A stretch of DNA of 58,959 nucleotides, the filler included, from Sphacelaria rigidula (taxonomy: Eukaryota), in assembly GCA_964200075.2 (NCBI GenBank). It is 4 parts of 4 records of this genome, joined end to end, with 100 filler letters (N's around TTAATTAATTAA, not from the genome) between each part and the next. Parts side by side here need not be neighbours in the genome. Positions count along the whole stretch, not along the records: positions 1 to 14,667 come from CAXNAA020002108.1; 3 more parts are not named here. One strand, written 5' to 3'. The first letter of the stretch is position 1. Every line of letters begins with the position of its first letter. The position numbers were made by a program, and so were the translations under genes. The notes under the pieces are model-generated. The model did not search any database. It saw only the letters and a program-made list of their open reading frames with translations, and was not told the DNA's origin. Of the stretch, positions 1-12,508 are shown one piece after another.

Positions 1-967
1 AGCTCCGTTCGTAATCAGTCTTAGCTAGGTAGTAAAACGAGTGAGCAGCCTGGGGCGATACTGCAAGACCAGACTGGAATATAACGTGACTAACGTACGG
101 CTGGAATACGACATATTGCCCATATCACGCACATCGAGAACGCCTTCTATATAAGCGACTAATATCCGCCGTCACATTTCAACAAGATCAAAAACTTCTC
201 CGGACGGGGCGGGATCGTTTCTGTACGGTGTTCAAGTTCCCTACGCTGTCTAACCTGGCGGAGCGGTCAACAAGATAAAGAACTTCTCCGGGCTGGATGG
301 GATCGTTTCAGTACGGTGTTTAAATTCCCTACATTGTCGAACCCGGTAGAGCGGTCAACAAGATCAAGAACCTCTCCGGACTGGATGGGATCGTTTCTGT
401 GCGGTGTTTAAATTCCCTACGTGGTCTAGCCCGGCAGAGCGGTCAACAAGATAAAGGACTTCTCCGGGCTGGATGGGATCGTTTCTGTACGGTGTTTAAA
501 TTCCCGACGTGGTCTAACCCGGCAGAACGGTTACCAAGATCAACGGCTATACGACGCAACGCCGATTACTCGGGGAAGAGGAACATGGTGACGCAGCGAT
601 CCATCGTCGAACCATGTCCAGTCCCAGGGTATTTCAACCCTCGGGCTGAGGGGGGGGTGTTATGGATCGCTGCGTAATGGTGGGAGGGTAATACGAGGAT
701 GAGCCCAGCTATTCGACTGACGGGCTCGGAGGGCTAGTTAATGTGATCTTCGGGCATTCTGACTGGAGGAGAGGGAGGGCGTCCGTTTGTAACGGTTACA
801 GTCACGCCTCCTTGCGCGCCGTGGTTGCATTACCCGGCGCAATCCTTGGTTTTCACTCTCTGTCTCTGAGCGAGAACGACGAGCTTGTGAATTGATTGAG
901 GCACTGAAAACGACCACTACATGAGGGAAACTCATCGCCCTGAAGCTGTGATCAAGACAATCTTACA
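1..967 (+). mobile_element. 3' end of an LTR retrotransposon (tandem array, PPT, 3' LTR 658-967)
   Basis: Purine tract GAGGGGGGGG directly before TGTTA at 658; segment ends TTACA at 967; start (TTATGGATCG) and end (TGATCAAGACAATC) resemble the LTR-like piece at 13635-13846. Confidence 0.6.
180..543 (+). repeat. 88-bp tandem repeat, ~4.1 copies
   Basis: Units begin CAACAAGAT at 180, 268, 356, 444 and (variant) 532. Confidence 0.95.
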
Positions 968-1047
968 TTTAGGAGGAGCTGTTCTGCGTTAAACTGATCA
1001 TCCCCTGCGAGGGAAACCGCTTTGCTGTGCGATAATGGTGAGCCAGC

Positions 1048-1850
1048 CAGGGGGCAGCGAAAAACAAGTTCAGGACACGTGGGCCCCAAGATCGAAAATT
1101 CGGGGTTTTGAGGGGGGGGAGGACACCCAGCCGTGTGCTCCCTGGTTTTTGGCCGAAGCGTTGGCGGATGCGGTCAGCTGCCGTAAACAGTAGAGATCCT
1201 CATATATATTGTATATCATGTATTATATACCATGTATTATATATCATGTATTATATTTTATATATTTTATATCATGATTTATATTTCATGTTTTATATTT
1301 TATATATTTTATTTCATTATGTATATTCCACATATTATTTATCATATACTATAGATACAGGTCTATATTATACAAATATTTCTTCTCAACATATGCTATA
1401 TTATATATCATGAACAATATATTTAAATATTATATAGTTATATAGATGAATGTTTATTAAGGGGCAATACATACTATATTATATCATAATATGTTAACAT
1501 ATATGCTGTAATATATATAAAGCATATATTCGGAAATATATATATATATATATGTAAAGGAGAGGAGGCAAACATACACCCCGCAAAGACCGCCAAAATT
1601 TTCGGATTTTGTCAATGTTCTTTGTTCCATTTCTTGCATCAAAGTTAACAGAAATATTTGGAAAATCAGGACAATTTTATTTGTCGAAAAAACACCCTGC
1701 GGCATCGGAGGTCCTCGGGACAAAACGGGCAAGGAGCGGAAGAAGATATACAAACCCCACGAAGCCCACCATACTTTTCGGTTCTTGTCAGCGTGGGAGA
1801 GGGGGGGGGGGGGGCTACGTGTCCGAAAACCTTCTCCGCGCTGCCCCCTG
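1048..1850. mobile_element. non-autonomous DNA transposon (hAT-like ends) with AT-rich interior
   Basis: Termini CAGGGGGCAGCG...CGCTGCCCCCTG with subterminal GGACACGT/ACGTGTCC; AGCCAG duplicated in both flanks; related end fragment at ~14555-14660. Confidence 0.7.
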
Positions 1851-2727
1851 AGCCAGTATAGACAAATCAATGCATATACTGTACTGTACATGGATAAATA
1901 TGCCGCATGTTTGGTTGAAGTAGCGAAATTTCATGTAATGCTCCGTCTTGTGAAGATCCGCCATCACAGTGCTTGCGCAGCGATCATGATAACCATAACA
2001 ATTTAGACAATAGCCAAAACGAACTAGTGCACGGACAGGCCAGAGAGGCCTACAACCCGGTCTGTCCGTAACAACTGGGCGTTCTCACTCAAGACTTCGA
2101 TTTGGAGGATGATACTAGGTAGGCAGTAGCAACTGCTGTGTGTCCAGGTGCTCCTTGGAGCAAGATGCGTTTGGTTTCTGTTTGACAAAGATTTCCCTCA
2201 AAAACCGAAATCAATATGGATTTTAGAGTGGGAAATATAGCAAAAAAAGTCGCAAAAATCGTGTCGCAAAAAAACGGTGAGTCGAATTCTTACCCGGAGC
2301 AGAAACCAAATCCACTTCGTGAAATTGGAATGTCGTGCGCTACGTTTACGCCGTAAGGCCAGATATGCGGCGCTGATTGCCAGTTGCTAGCGCAGTGCGG
2401 TGGTAGAGTTCAAGAATAAAAAGCTTTCAAGGAACTTCTTGACCGTCAGGCCTCGCCTCGGAACAGTATTATAGTTTCTCTCACATTCGTTATATTGCAC
2501 ATTGTTGTAGTCTTTCACCGTGATGGGGTCGGGTGCGACTGTGTTCTGTGCCATATTCGTTCGGTGCAGTAGTTTTGGCTACCAAGAGGGGGGGGGGGGG
2601 GGGGGGGGATTTTGTGTTTTCCTTGGTTTTTGGCCCATTCACCCCCCCCCCCTTTTGGGGGGGAGCGAGGGGGGGGGGGTGGGGNNNNNNNNNNGGGTGT
2701 GGTTGGGGTGGTGGGGGGGGGGTGGGT

Positions 2728-2761
<34 letters not shown>

Positions 2762-3182
2762 GGGCATTTGTTGCTTGCCTTAGTCATTTGACCATTCACC
2801 ACGCATCCCTTTCGAGACGGAGCAAGAGGGGGTGGGTGGAGACGACAACGCAGCAACACCTCCTACCGCACAAAAAGTCCTCATCTGGCGTCGTTGAATG
2901 GCTTACTGGTTCCTATGGAGTGGGTCAAGTGGGGTGTAGCCGCTTCCTCAGCAAACAAGCGTGTTGGCTATGGAAAAAAAAACAATGGTTCCAGACCCCC
3001 AAAACAACTGTCACTGTCAGTCATTAATTCGGAGGGGAAGAATTCTCGCGATGAAGAGGTCAATCCATCACGACTCCACGACGGATAATCACCAGCTGGT
3101 GATGTGAGACCCCGTTTGTTCCGCTACCTCGCATCACGTTTTGCCCAACGAGGGCTATGTACAAGTGCAGTCCCGCTACTAT

Positions 3183-3398
3183 TTAGCACTTTGAGGCCAA
3201 TGCCATGATCTCGGGAGGGCATTGCGACGCGGCCGCTTGATCCACGCACCAAAGCAGCTCCCGCCCCACGGCGACAGTTACCCTTGCGGCCGGGTATGGG
3301 GAGGAACCGCCAGCTGACTTCAGCATGCCCCCTTCGGTCACCGAAAGGAGTTGTGGCAGCAGTGAAGCTTTGCTCTGGCCCGTGCCGATGAAAAATAC
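3183..3398 (-). CDS. PGL: 6-phosphogluconolactonase, exon 5 of 5 (with stop)
   Basis: CTAG| acceptor; VFFIGTGQSKA...PYPAARV...LLWCVDQAAAS...KC* matches the GxxKA, PAARV and WxVDxxAA C-terminal motifs; TAA ends at 3183; spliced CDS 786 nt = 261 aa. Confidence 0.94.
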   Translation of the reverse strand, partial: VFFIGTGQSKASLLPQLLSVTEGGMLKSAGGSSPYPAARVTVAVGRELLWCVDQAAASQCPPEIMALASKC

Positions 3399-3903
3399 CT
3401 AGGCGAATGGTGTGGGATCGACGCGGCGACGGTGCAGGAGCTGCTATTTTACATCATGGTACTTTATCGAAAGGGGTAGGTCGAGCAGTCACACTACCTC
3501 TTTGTTGCTAGTGTGCCGATCGCCCGGATACAGATCACAAACCAAACTTACCACGTGAGTCATACTTTTTTGTTGAAAAAGCGAATAGACAATACCTATA
3601 GGTGTGTAAACTGGTATTGCAGTCGTTTTGAACGGTGACGGAACGGCGCTGTTCTCCTCCACTAGACAAGTCTTGTGCTTGGGGTTCAAGTATTGCAGTG
3701 CAGTCTTGACGCCCAGAAGCGACCGCGACATTATTCTAATCCTCATTTCACTGTACGCTGTACGCTGACATGACGCACCCCTGCATTTTCCAGACCAGAT
3801 GAACAACATTTTCACGAAAAGCGCAACCGCTTCGGAAAACTGCGCGGGCACGCAACACCGAGGAGAACAAAACCCAAAACCCCTGCACTGAAAAATCACG
3901 TAC

Positions 3904-4142
3904 ATTTCTTGAATTATTCAGCACCGGATAGGTGAGCGTCACGCGCTGCGGTGGAGGCTTGGGCGAGTCTTCGATGTGAGCGACCCACTTCCCCGTCTCC
4001 CCCAAAAGTGGGTGCCCGGGAAACAACGAGCACGTGTGGCCGTCGGGGCCCACCCCAAGCAGCGAGGCATCGAAGCACGGCAGTTGGTCGCTGCCATCCG
4101 CGGGAAATGACGCCCGGAGTTTCGTTTCGTAGGCAGCCGCAG
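3904..4142 (-). CDS. PGL: 6-phosphogluconolactonase, exon 4 of 5
   Basis: AAAAYETKL...[20 protein letters not shown]...[18 protein letters not shown] carries the GxDGHTxSLFP and PKPPPxRVTLT motifs; donor AAT|GTACGT; an alternative acceptor 3 nt upstream is possible. Confidence 0.96.
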
Positions 4143-4699
4143 CTGCTCGGAAGGCGGTGAAAGACGTGACAAAGAGTGTTTTGGGCACACAACAGAAAGA
4201 GAATTCACGAGCTTAGCCGTCGGTTGCATTTAGCGATTGAGACCGGGCGTTATTCATCCACTCACGGCTTTGGTGCTTCTTGTTTTTTCTCCAACTTAGA
4301 GTCCCATTTTCGCGCAAAAAACGCGCAAAAACCATCTGCTTGCTTGATCGTTTGATTGATTATTGTAAAATAATGCATTGAATGGATTCTAAGGATCCAG
4401 TCGTGGTTAAGACAGCCATACCTGGGGCATATAAGGGGAAACTCTCGGTAAAAGAAAACTCCCACCAAAACGGAACACACCGGAGAGAAAAATGGCGTGA
4501 ATTTTGTGTGATGGTGAGAAACACTTTTGTCTTCTTCGGAGGATCGAGGGGGAAAATCAGTACCCGGAGGTCGCTAAATAATCTATCGTACCATAGCGCT
4601 GCACTTGTCAGGAACGGGTGAGTGTTGAAACTGGCTCGAAAGTTGTGAAATATGCACGGCCGCAGGTCGATGCCCGCTGCGAGAACTGTAGATACACAC

Positions 4700-4791
4700 C
4701 ATCTTCTGGAGACAAGTCGGTGTTGACGGAAATGACGTTTTCTTTGGGGATGCCCGAAGAGGAAAATAACTCCGCCCAGGCCTTATAATTG
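4700..4791 (-). CDS. PGL: 6-phosphogluconolactonase, exon 3 of 5
   Basis: (S)NYKAWAELFSSSGIPKENVISVNTDLSPED completes the D-S-N-Y motif; CCAG| acceptor, G|GTGTGT donor; 92 nt, phases match both neighbours. Confidence 0.93.
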
Positions 4792-5184
4792 CTGGAACAC
4801 ACGCGACGAACGGAAGCGCGCACGAGTCAGGGCGGGCATATGGATAAGAGTACCGGGCGCAAAGGAGCAGGTGCTCGGTCAGCTGAGGCTCATACACAAA
4901 CGTAGAGGAACAGACAACTTGACGGAACCCGTGGCTCCAACATACGGCTTCTACATTTCTCGCCGCAGGCAGCTAAAAGCGCTTGTACGTAACTGTCTGT
5001 GCAGTCGCCTTGCGAAGATGCAGCGTGTGCGCCAACTTTCTGCATGAACAGCTGGAAATGCACCATATGATACATTTGGTACTTACAATTAGACGGCCAA
5101 AACATGGGGTGGGTGATAAAACCACGATATTTGCTCTTTAAGGAATGCATACAAACGAACGACAGTTACAGTCTCGCAGCTGAC

Positions 5185-5282
5185 CTGTCACCGTGGTCGA
5201 GCGGAACGCATCGCTCGTCGGCAAACCATATCTTACACTTGCTCCAGTCTACGCCCTCCGCGCCAGCCAAACTCGCCAGAAT
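5185..5282 (-). CDS. PGL: 6-phosphogluconolactonase, exon 2 of 5
   Basis: ILASLAGAEGVDWSKCKIWFADERCVPLDHGD with the DERxVP motif; acceptor GCAG|, donor AG|GTCAGC; 98 nt, phase 0 to 2. Confidence 0.95.
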
Positions 5283-5484
5283 CTGCGCAAGTACGGCGAA
5301 ACAGAGTCCAAGATGAAGCTGCAGCATGACTATACATAAGGGCGCACGAAAAAGGGTATCCCGCACACCTGACCCCCCCCACCCCTCCCCCCTCGGAGGG
5401 TTAATTTGTTACAAGGAACGACAACCACAACTTTCATCTGAGCTTGTGCAAACCGGCAATGATAGCGGAAGGGGTGATGAAAGT

Positions 5485-5715
5485 TAGTTCACCACTTGGT
5501 AGGGGTGATATGTTTCTCGGAAATTTATTATTTCGAATCACTAACCCTGATCCTAACCTTCGCCCTAACGAAGGCACAACGAGAACCCTCGGGCAAGGGG
5601 CGTGCAAAGGGATCTCTTGGAAAAATGTGCGTTGCCAGACCTCAAATCGGCGCCGATATAGACAAAAATACGTTCTGCGCACGCTAGGAGCAAGCTAGGA
5701 GCACAGCCCCCATCA
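5485..5715 (-). mobile_element. telomere-tract MITE group, partial copy
   Basis: Reverse-complement match to 6650-6870, including CTAACCC units and GAGAACCCTCGGGCAAGGGGCG. Confidence 0.7.
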
Positions 5716-6559
5716 AAAATCCGGGTTTTAGTGTCCACACTAAAACCAAGGCGGGTCAACAAACCCCCACCAAGTGGGAAGCTCTGCTGTCATGATGGGC
5801 CTACAGCAACAGTGGCGTGTAAGAGGGTTCCGACAAAAAATATCACCCACCACCCCTGCAACACCCAATTTATTTCTCCGTTCTTGTACCCCTCGGTCGA
5901 ACAACTAAAACATCACAGACGGATTTCTTTTTCCAGGGTGAGCATAGGGGACACTCATATGCATCGAAATATCCCCGAAAAAAACTGAAAATGCACTCTC
6001 CGGCCATGATGTGTGGTCTCGCTGACCCTAAAAAACAACCCCATCCGCAATTTGTAAAATCCCGTGTTGAATGGTGACCATGATAAATCGGAAAAATCAT
6101 TATTACTATCGCCATCCAAACCGTTGCCAAGCAAATGACGTTCTCCCGCCCCATCCAGATCTTTACCGAGCTAACCATGTTCTCGCATTCACGTCCAAAC
6201 GATCACCGCACAAATACTGGCATCCCTGTGGTTTCTCGTTACACCCCAACAACTACCGCGCAAATATATTGCTCTCCATTACTGTACAGCAAAGCAAAAT
6301 GAAGTCCTCTGCTCAGTCAACAGGACGTTTCCCTAGCGGGACAGCGGTAACCGGGTACGACTTATGACTAGGTCGGAGTTTCAATCCCCAACGTACCACT
6401 CTATTATAAATTCATATTTTTCTTCTCTTCCTTTTTTTTTCTGTCTTGCTCTGTCTATTCTTCTCTCTTCTTTTTTATTTTTTTCTTGTCGGATGGCGTG
6501 TTTTTTCCAATTTCACGGACCCTACCTAAGAAAACCCTACAGTTTTGTAATAACAGTCG

Positions 6560-6882
6560 GTGAACCAGTGGAGTTTACCACTTGGTCGATTAAATCCTTT
6601 CCGGATATTTTTCGCTTGATTTGAGCGTAAATACCGACATTCGGATCTCTAGCTGGGCTGACAGCCCCAACTGCCCCTCGTGTGCGCAGATTGCGTTTTC
6701 GTCAAAATCGGCGCCCGCGTCGCCGTTTTGAGGTCTGCCAACGCCACACTTTGTCTAGGGAACGCTTCGCACGCCCCTTGCCCGAGGGTTCTCGGTATGC
6801 CTTGAGTTGGGGTTAGTGGTATTTCACAAAAGATGTTTCCGAGAAATTTCTTCATGGACCAAGCGGTAAACACATCTCCGGT
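6560..6882 (+). mobile_element. telomere-tract MITE group copy
   Basis: Core CACACTTTGTCTAGGG...CCCTTGCCCGAGGGTT...GGGGTTAG between imperfect inverted repeats GTTTACCACTTGGTC / GACCAAGCGGTAAAC. Confidence 0.7.
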
Positions 6883-8403
6883 AGACACGCGCGCGCTGAA
6901 GCGCTGAAGCGTGAAGCGCTGAACCACACTACGCGAAAGCACCAAGCACCAGACCAATGATGAGCGAAGATGTAACTGTAGATGACGTCCCCGACACTGG
7001 AGCTTGTGAAGAATTTGTTCAAGGGTGGTGCGAACTAATGGTTCGCCCGGAAATCACAAGATTTTGGTCTGATTTATTCGTACCGTACAAATCGATCCTG
7101 AGGCTTTGTTTTCAGCGTTGCAACCCGGGTACGCGCACCCAGGCACGTGGAATGGCGCAAAAATTGCGTGGAGGTCTTCTTGACCAGCGGGCATGCTTAT
7201 TTCTCATTTCCGAGCAATCAGGCCTCAGAAATCGTGGATTTGGTGGTTTGAAGCGGCGATGATTCGTCCGAACCGTGAAATTTTGTCTGCCTCGACGAGT
7301 CCTTTCGCCAGTACGGTGGGGGTGGTGTTGCTGCAGCCATACCTGCTGGCGGTCGTGTTGTGCCGTAGCTTGATTCTGCGATTGGTTCCCGTAACAATGA
7401 GTATCAGCGTGGCATGTTATCATCCAAAAATTGCTGTGCATTACCAAGGTAGCTGGTTCCTGCACCGATAAGTACCAGGGTGATAAGTTACCATACAAGG
7501 AGCAAATTACCATGCATCACCATGATGGCTGAATACCGTGGTGAACGTTACCAAGCTCAAAAAGGTTGACCGGAGTGAGCCATGCGTTTTTGTTCAATTT
7601 ATTCATGATGTACTTACTACTGCGTAGAACTTTCTTTTTTGTTTTCATCTATACTCCACTCCATTTTCTTCTTTTTTTCTTTTTATGCTATATTTTCCTA
7701 TATTCGTTTCCATTATTTCATGTTTTTAATCTTCAATCTGTTCGTGTCCCTTTTCTTTTCTTCCTATTTTCCTTACTCATTATATTGTTGCATTTTATTG
7801 TTTTATTTACTGCAGTTTATTTTCATATATTTCTCTTTTTCCCTCCCCTTTATTTTTATTCAACCTTCATTCTGCATTTCATTGAAAATATATATTTATA
7901 TATTTACACCCACGTAACAGGGGGGGGGTACGTAGATAATATGTTACCCACACACACACACCAGGGGGGGGGTACCCCACCTCCGATGCTGCCTCATCTT
8001 GTAAAGGATTTAAAATGAAATCGGTTCTTCAAGAAGTTTCGAAGGCACTTGGCGGAAATGGGGTGTGTGTAAGAGCCTTACCCGGCGAATACCCGGCGTG
8101 CTCTGTGCCGGCTTTGTAGGGGCGGGCCCCCCTATGGGGTTGGCGTCGGTTGGCGATGACACTGTAAAAACACGCCACACTGCGTACGCTAGGCAACCAG
8201 ATTACCGCTTTGTTTCGCGCTTGCGTTTTTTTGCGGTAACCATGATGGTGGTCGAGCTAGATCATTTTGTGCGGGTGGGAGAGCCTCAACTCCGTGCAAA
8301 GGAGATGCTTGTACTACATGGTGAGACACCCATTAGGCAGCGTATAAGCCGTGGTTGCCTCTGGAAGTAGTGATACCAGAAAATGAAGCAACTCATTCGA
8401 GAC

Positions 8404-9601
8404 CAGTGTTGAAAATCGGATATCGGTACTCGATATGATTTCGATAATATCGGTCGATACGGCGTATCGGTATGGCCGCTTCCCAAGCCGATATTTGTCG
8501 ATACATATCAATATCAATATCGATGTCGGATATCAATAGAGTCGATATACTTATTTATTATTTTTACCGGGGGGGGTGGTAGACAGCACATCGTCCCACC
8601 GCTCATCACCCCACTGTCCACCACCCCGCCACCCACCACACTCCACACACAACACACATCACACACCACACAGCCAAGTGCTGCGAACCACACCGGTCTG
8701 CAACATGAGCTGCCTTCAGACTCTCGGCTTCGTGAAGGGCGGTAGCGCAGAGTCTGCGGTCGACGTTCCTGCCGAGCCGTCTGTATCTGTGTCTGCTACG
8801 GTCGATGTTTTTGCCGAACCATTCGTATCTGTGTCTGCTACGGCTGCTGCTGCTGCACCAGTGGCCGCCCCAGTGCCCCCAACCAAGAGTGGAGAGAGCG
8901 GGCAAGCAGGGTTACCCGTGAAGTTCTAGGTGTCTGGAGAGTATAGTTCGTTGTGTAGCCGACAATGACAAAATTGGACTTATGCTGCCGACTCATCCCT
9001 TGATTGGTACAGAATGGAGAACAGAAAAAGCGAGCGCACATGTGCATTCATCTTTATTCATCACCCAGTTTCGACGTTTGGCGCGTTTGTCATTGAATAA
9101 TGAGTGCGTTCGCAGTGCGCAGTGCGCAGAGCCGGGGTAATTGCTCAAATTCGATAGAAACATGACGAAATAGTGGCCGCGAAATATACTGTGGCATATC
9201 ACCGGCTTGAACAGCACACCATCTATCATGCATCACACCTCAAGTTGTGATCAACTACCTCTTTTGCGACTTGCCCCTTGAACGATGAACCATTTTTGTT
9301 AAACCGAAGCATCACGCAGCGTGTTGTGCCGCCACTTCAATGATGTCAGATAACGAATCACAAATCACACACTGATGCTGCTGTACCTTCATACAACGAG
9401 GCGTGCACCCACTCCGGATTAGATTGCTAGTGTCAGTGTAGTACCGTGAGGTCTTGCAAGCTGTGTCCCCACCAAAACAGCCGTATCGTACCGTATCGAG
9501 TATCAGTTAGTATCGAAAAAAATATGGGTATCGACGTCTTGAGGTTGAGACGTTGAAAATATCGTATCAAACTTTTCTTTTCCGTTCGATATTCAACACT
9601 G
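8404..9601. mobile_element. non-autonomous hAT-like element in PGL intron 1
   Basis: TIRs CAGTGTTGAAAATCG / CGATATTCAACACTG; 8-bp flanks TTCGAGAC / TTGGAGGC (6/8); dense subterminal TATCG/CGATA motifs at both ends; internal 42-bp tandem duplication at 8757-8843. Confidence 0.75.
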
Positions 9602-10609
9602 TTGGAGGCTGTCATCCGCATGCAAGATAATCAGTACGCTTCGGGCCGAACAATCTTAGCAGGATGCAGGTCANNNNNNNNNNACCACGGCGCTTCGCGC
9701 TTGGTGATCGATTGCAAGCCTGGTCCGGCGAACACCCGGTGTGCTCCGTCCCGGTTTGTAGGGATGCGAGGTCAATGGTCAGATGGCTATGGCATGCAAG
9801 ATCATGAGTACACCCCCGTGAGAGGTGCAAAATACTCCAACAAAAAATGGGTACGTATTTGTGTTTATTTTTTTTGTTTCGCGCACCCTTGCTACACGTT
9901 TTAATCATTGGATGCGCCCAGCTCGGTGGATTCACCACCCATGTGCGTAGGCGTGATCTGCGCAGAATGCTTCACTACTCTCTTAGTATCACGGGAGATG
10001 CTTCTGCCATTCACTGTATTGAATAAAGTGCACGCATCCGTGCGGGATGTGTTGTTTGTAAAAGTACTCTACGTATTAATAGGCGCGCACAAATGGCACC
10101 AAGCTAGCCGAACATGTTTGTGCACGGTTCATCGGCATTTGGGATCCGCGTGTCGAAACGGTCGAACTCGGGACAATGCGGGACGAAAAGACAACCAGCA
10201 AACGTGCCTTGGCCTGACATGTCGCGACCGATTATCTGCTGTACTGCAGCATACCTAAACGTCAAGCAGGGGATGCATCAAGTGCTGCGCCCGGTTGAGC
10301 CGTACGGACGATGCACGAAAGCAGCGTCGAGCCGACTCACAGCATGGCGGAGAAATTCAGCTGCTGGGATGTTTACCGTGAAACTGTTGTATGACCGGAT
10401 CGACTAGCGGACGTTTTTCAAACTCCGAGTGCGTGAACTGCGGTCCTGCTGGCGACGACACGTGCGTAGCTCAACACATCTTCGCGAGAACTGTTCAACG
10501 GTATGCCTTCTGTCTTCAGACGCACTATGGTGATTGATCCAATTCTCACCCCGGTGGGTGCTCCGAAAAGTTGTCGGCAATTGCGATTGAAGAGTAACAC
10601 AAGTCCTAC

Positions 10610-10750
10610 CTTCGGCATCGACCCGCCAGACACGGCGACGTTGAACACTCCTCGTTCCTCGACGGAGTGTCGACAAAGCTTGGCTATCCTTTCAATAAGC
10701 TCTTTAGAAAGTTCATCAGCAGTAGATCCTACCAGTAGGGTGGTCGTCAT
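10610..10750 (-). CDS. PGL: 6-phosphogluconolactonase, exon 1 of 5
   Basis: ATG at 10750; MTTTLLVGSTADELSKELIERIAKLCRHSVEERGVFNVAVSGGSMPK carries the 6PGL N-terminal (L/V)SGGS motif; donor AAG|GTAGGA, phase 0. Confidence 0.93.
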
Positions 10751-12189
10751 CGTGTTTCGTTTGTAATCTGTGTTGTGCAGCCGGTGAGCTTCACGCCCAC
10801 GGGGAACCTCTGCATTGAAATATATGAAGCGTGTTGAATTAAATTACGCAAGTTGTCGGTCATTTTCTGCGTCACGAACACCAATAAATTTGCCCCCCTG
10901 TTGTGTACGGCTGTGATTTGGTGCCGCACATTTACATGGGGACATATCTCTCGATATACCACGAGTTCAGCAACGATCCATGGCTTGAATGAAAGCCCTG
11001 AATATGAAAAACAGATGTAATTCATTTACTGTTGCCCATTGCGACGCCATTTGGCATAAATCTCCTTCTGCAGATAAGGCGAATATGCGGTCCGAAATTT
11101 CCGCGCTTGGCATTGGTGGTGGTGTCCTCTCCATCACATGTTTTAGGCCGTTTGTCAGGTTAGTTGGTGCTGCTGGGACGCGCACACCGTCTTTCGGCAC
11201 TGAGAAAACTCGTTATAGAAGAGCTTGCTGTATCGGTATGTGGGTGTTGTGCGACAAAAACAGGCCATGACATCGTGGGGCGACAATCCGAGGGAATTTT
11301 CATTGGCAGTATGAAGTAAGCAACTTCTCCGGGAAAAGCCGATTGACTGAAAATAATTGTTGGGCGATTCAGCGCTGATTTTCTGCCGAATACAGAACAG
11401 CAACACGGGGCATATTGCGGATTGTGCCGCCTTGAAAAGTCTCGCTGTAACTTTTCCGAGAGGATTTCAGCGCCATTCACGACCCTCTTTCGCGCGCCAC
11501 TTTGAAAGGATAACCGATTCGTCTATCGACTCGTTTATCGATTCGTCAAAAAGCGTACGAAAACTTTGAAAATCCCTGAAAACACATACCGACGATCTCA
11601 CTCAGAGAAACCGTAAGTTATACTGTACAGTAGTTCAGTAGTTGGCGGTCTACAAAAACTGTTCAGGGGTGTTCTGGGGTTTTCCTCGCGTGCTCCTCCT
11701 TGATAGAACTTGAAATTGCTAGCGTCGCGGTAGATTTTGGTACAATAAACAGATCATCCTCGAAACACAGTGCCCAAGTCAGTGGTAGTTGGTGCTATCG
11801 GGCGATACGAGTAGATGTCCCGTTCATCAGGAGGGTGTTGTTGACCGTGCATGAAACACAGTTTTTCGGCTCTAGTGCACCCGTATAGGTAGAATTTCAA
11901 AAAAAAAAACTGCACAGTTCGTCACAAATATGATCGGGAGAGGCTCGATCTACCGAAAATACCGAAGACTAAGAATTTGAGCTGAAACATGGCAAGACCC
12001 CCGATGACCGGTCAGTCCGTAAGTCATTCAATATTGAGTACAGATGATTTTTTTTTCTTGGAATGTGGAGCTGATACAAATATCTTTAGATCCCCAATGT
12101 GATGAGCGGTGGCAAGCGAACAGAGCCGAAGAAAATAGCTAATCACGCAAAAATGAAAAAAAGGCCGCAACACGAATAGTTAGACCCTA

Positions 12190-12481
12190 CACTACTGTAG
12201 TGATTAACTCACGTACCACAGATGAGATAACCGAAGACTATTTATACAGGTCGACGAGGGAAAGGGACTGCTGAACTCCTCTAGCGATAAAAAATAAAGG
12301 CAAGCACCGCAGAAGGAAGGCGGGTTACCTAAAACTATTTTAAAAATAAAGTCCCTGTGTTGACTCTCCTCCTGTGTGACCCCGGCTGATGCGTCAACAT
12401 ATACCGAAAGGTGTAGACCGGCGTCCAGAATAGATGGGACGACAACACAGAGAGAGAGAGAGAGGGAGAGAGAGAGAGAGA
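12190..12481 (+). mobile_element. SINE family 1, 5'-truncated, (AG)n tail
   Basis: Aligns with 13358-13552 (GGTCGACGAGGG...GCAAGCACCGCAGAAGGAAG...CCTGTGTGACCCCGGCTG...GGACGACAA). Confidence 0.8.
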
Positions 12482-12508
12482 ACATCAAACAGCTTACTAC
12501 CTGAAGTA

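Noticed and set aside
180..543. CRISPR-like periodicity here and at 51385-52105 and 54541-54930
   Set aside because: Whole units repeat with no unique spacers, no cas genes, eukaryotic context
1900..2480. Possible plus-strand exons ending GATACTAG|GTAGGC
   Set aside because: In-frame stop and no recognisable homology
2585..2765. Poly-G runs and the Gly/Pro-rich ORFs over them (also poly-C at 47110-47330)
   Set aside because: Homopolymers abutting N gaps, most likely low-quality sequence; the ORFs are compositional artefacts
7566..8018. Hydrophobic F/L/Y-rich ORFs (also 1108-1413 and 17185-17511)
   Set aside because: Translations of T-rich low-complexity or microsatellite DNA
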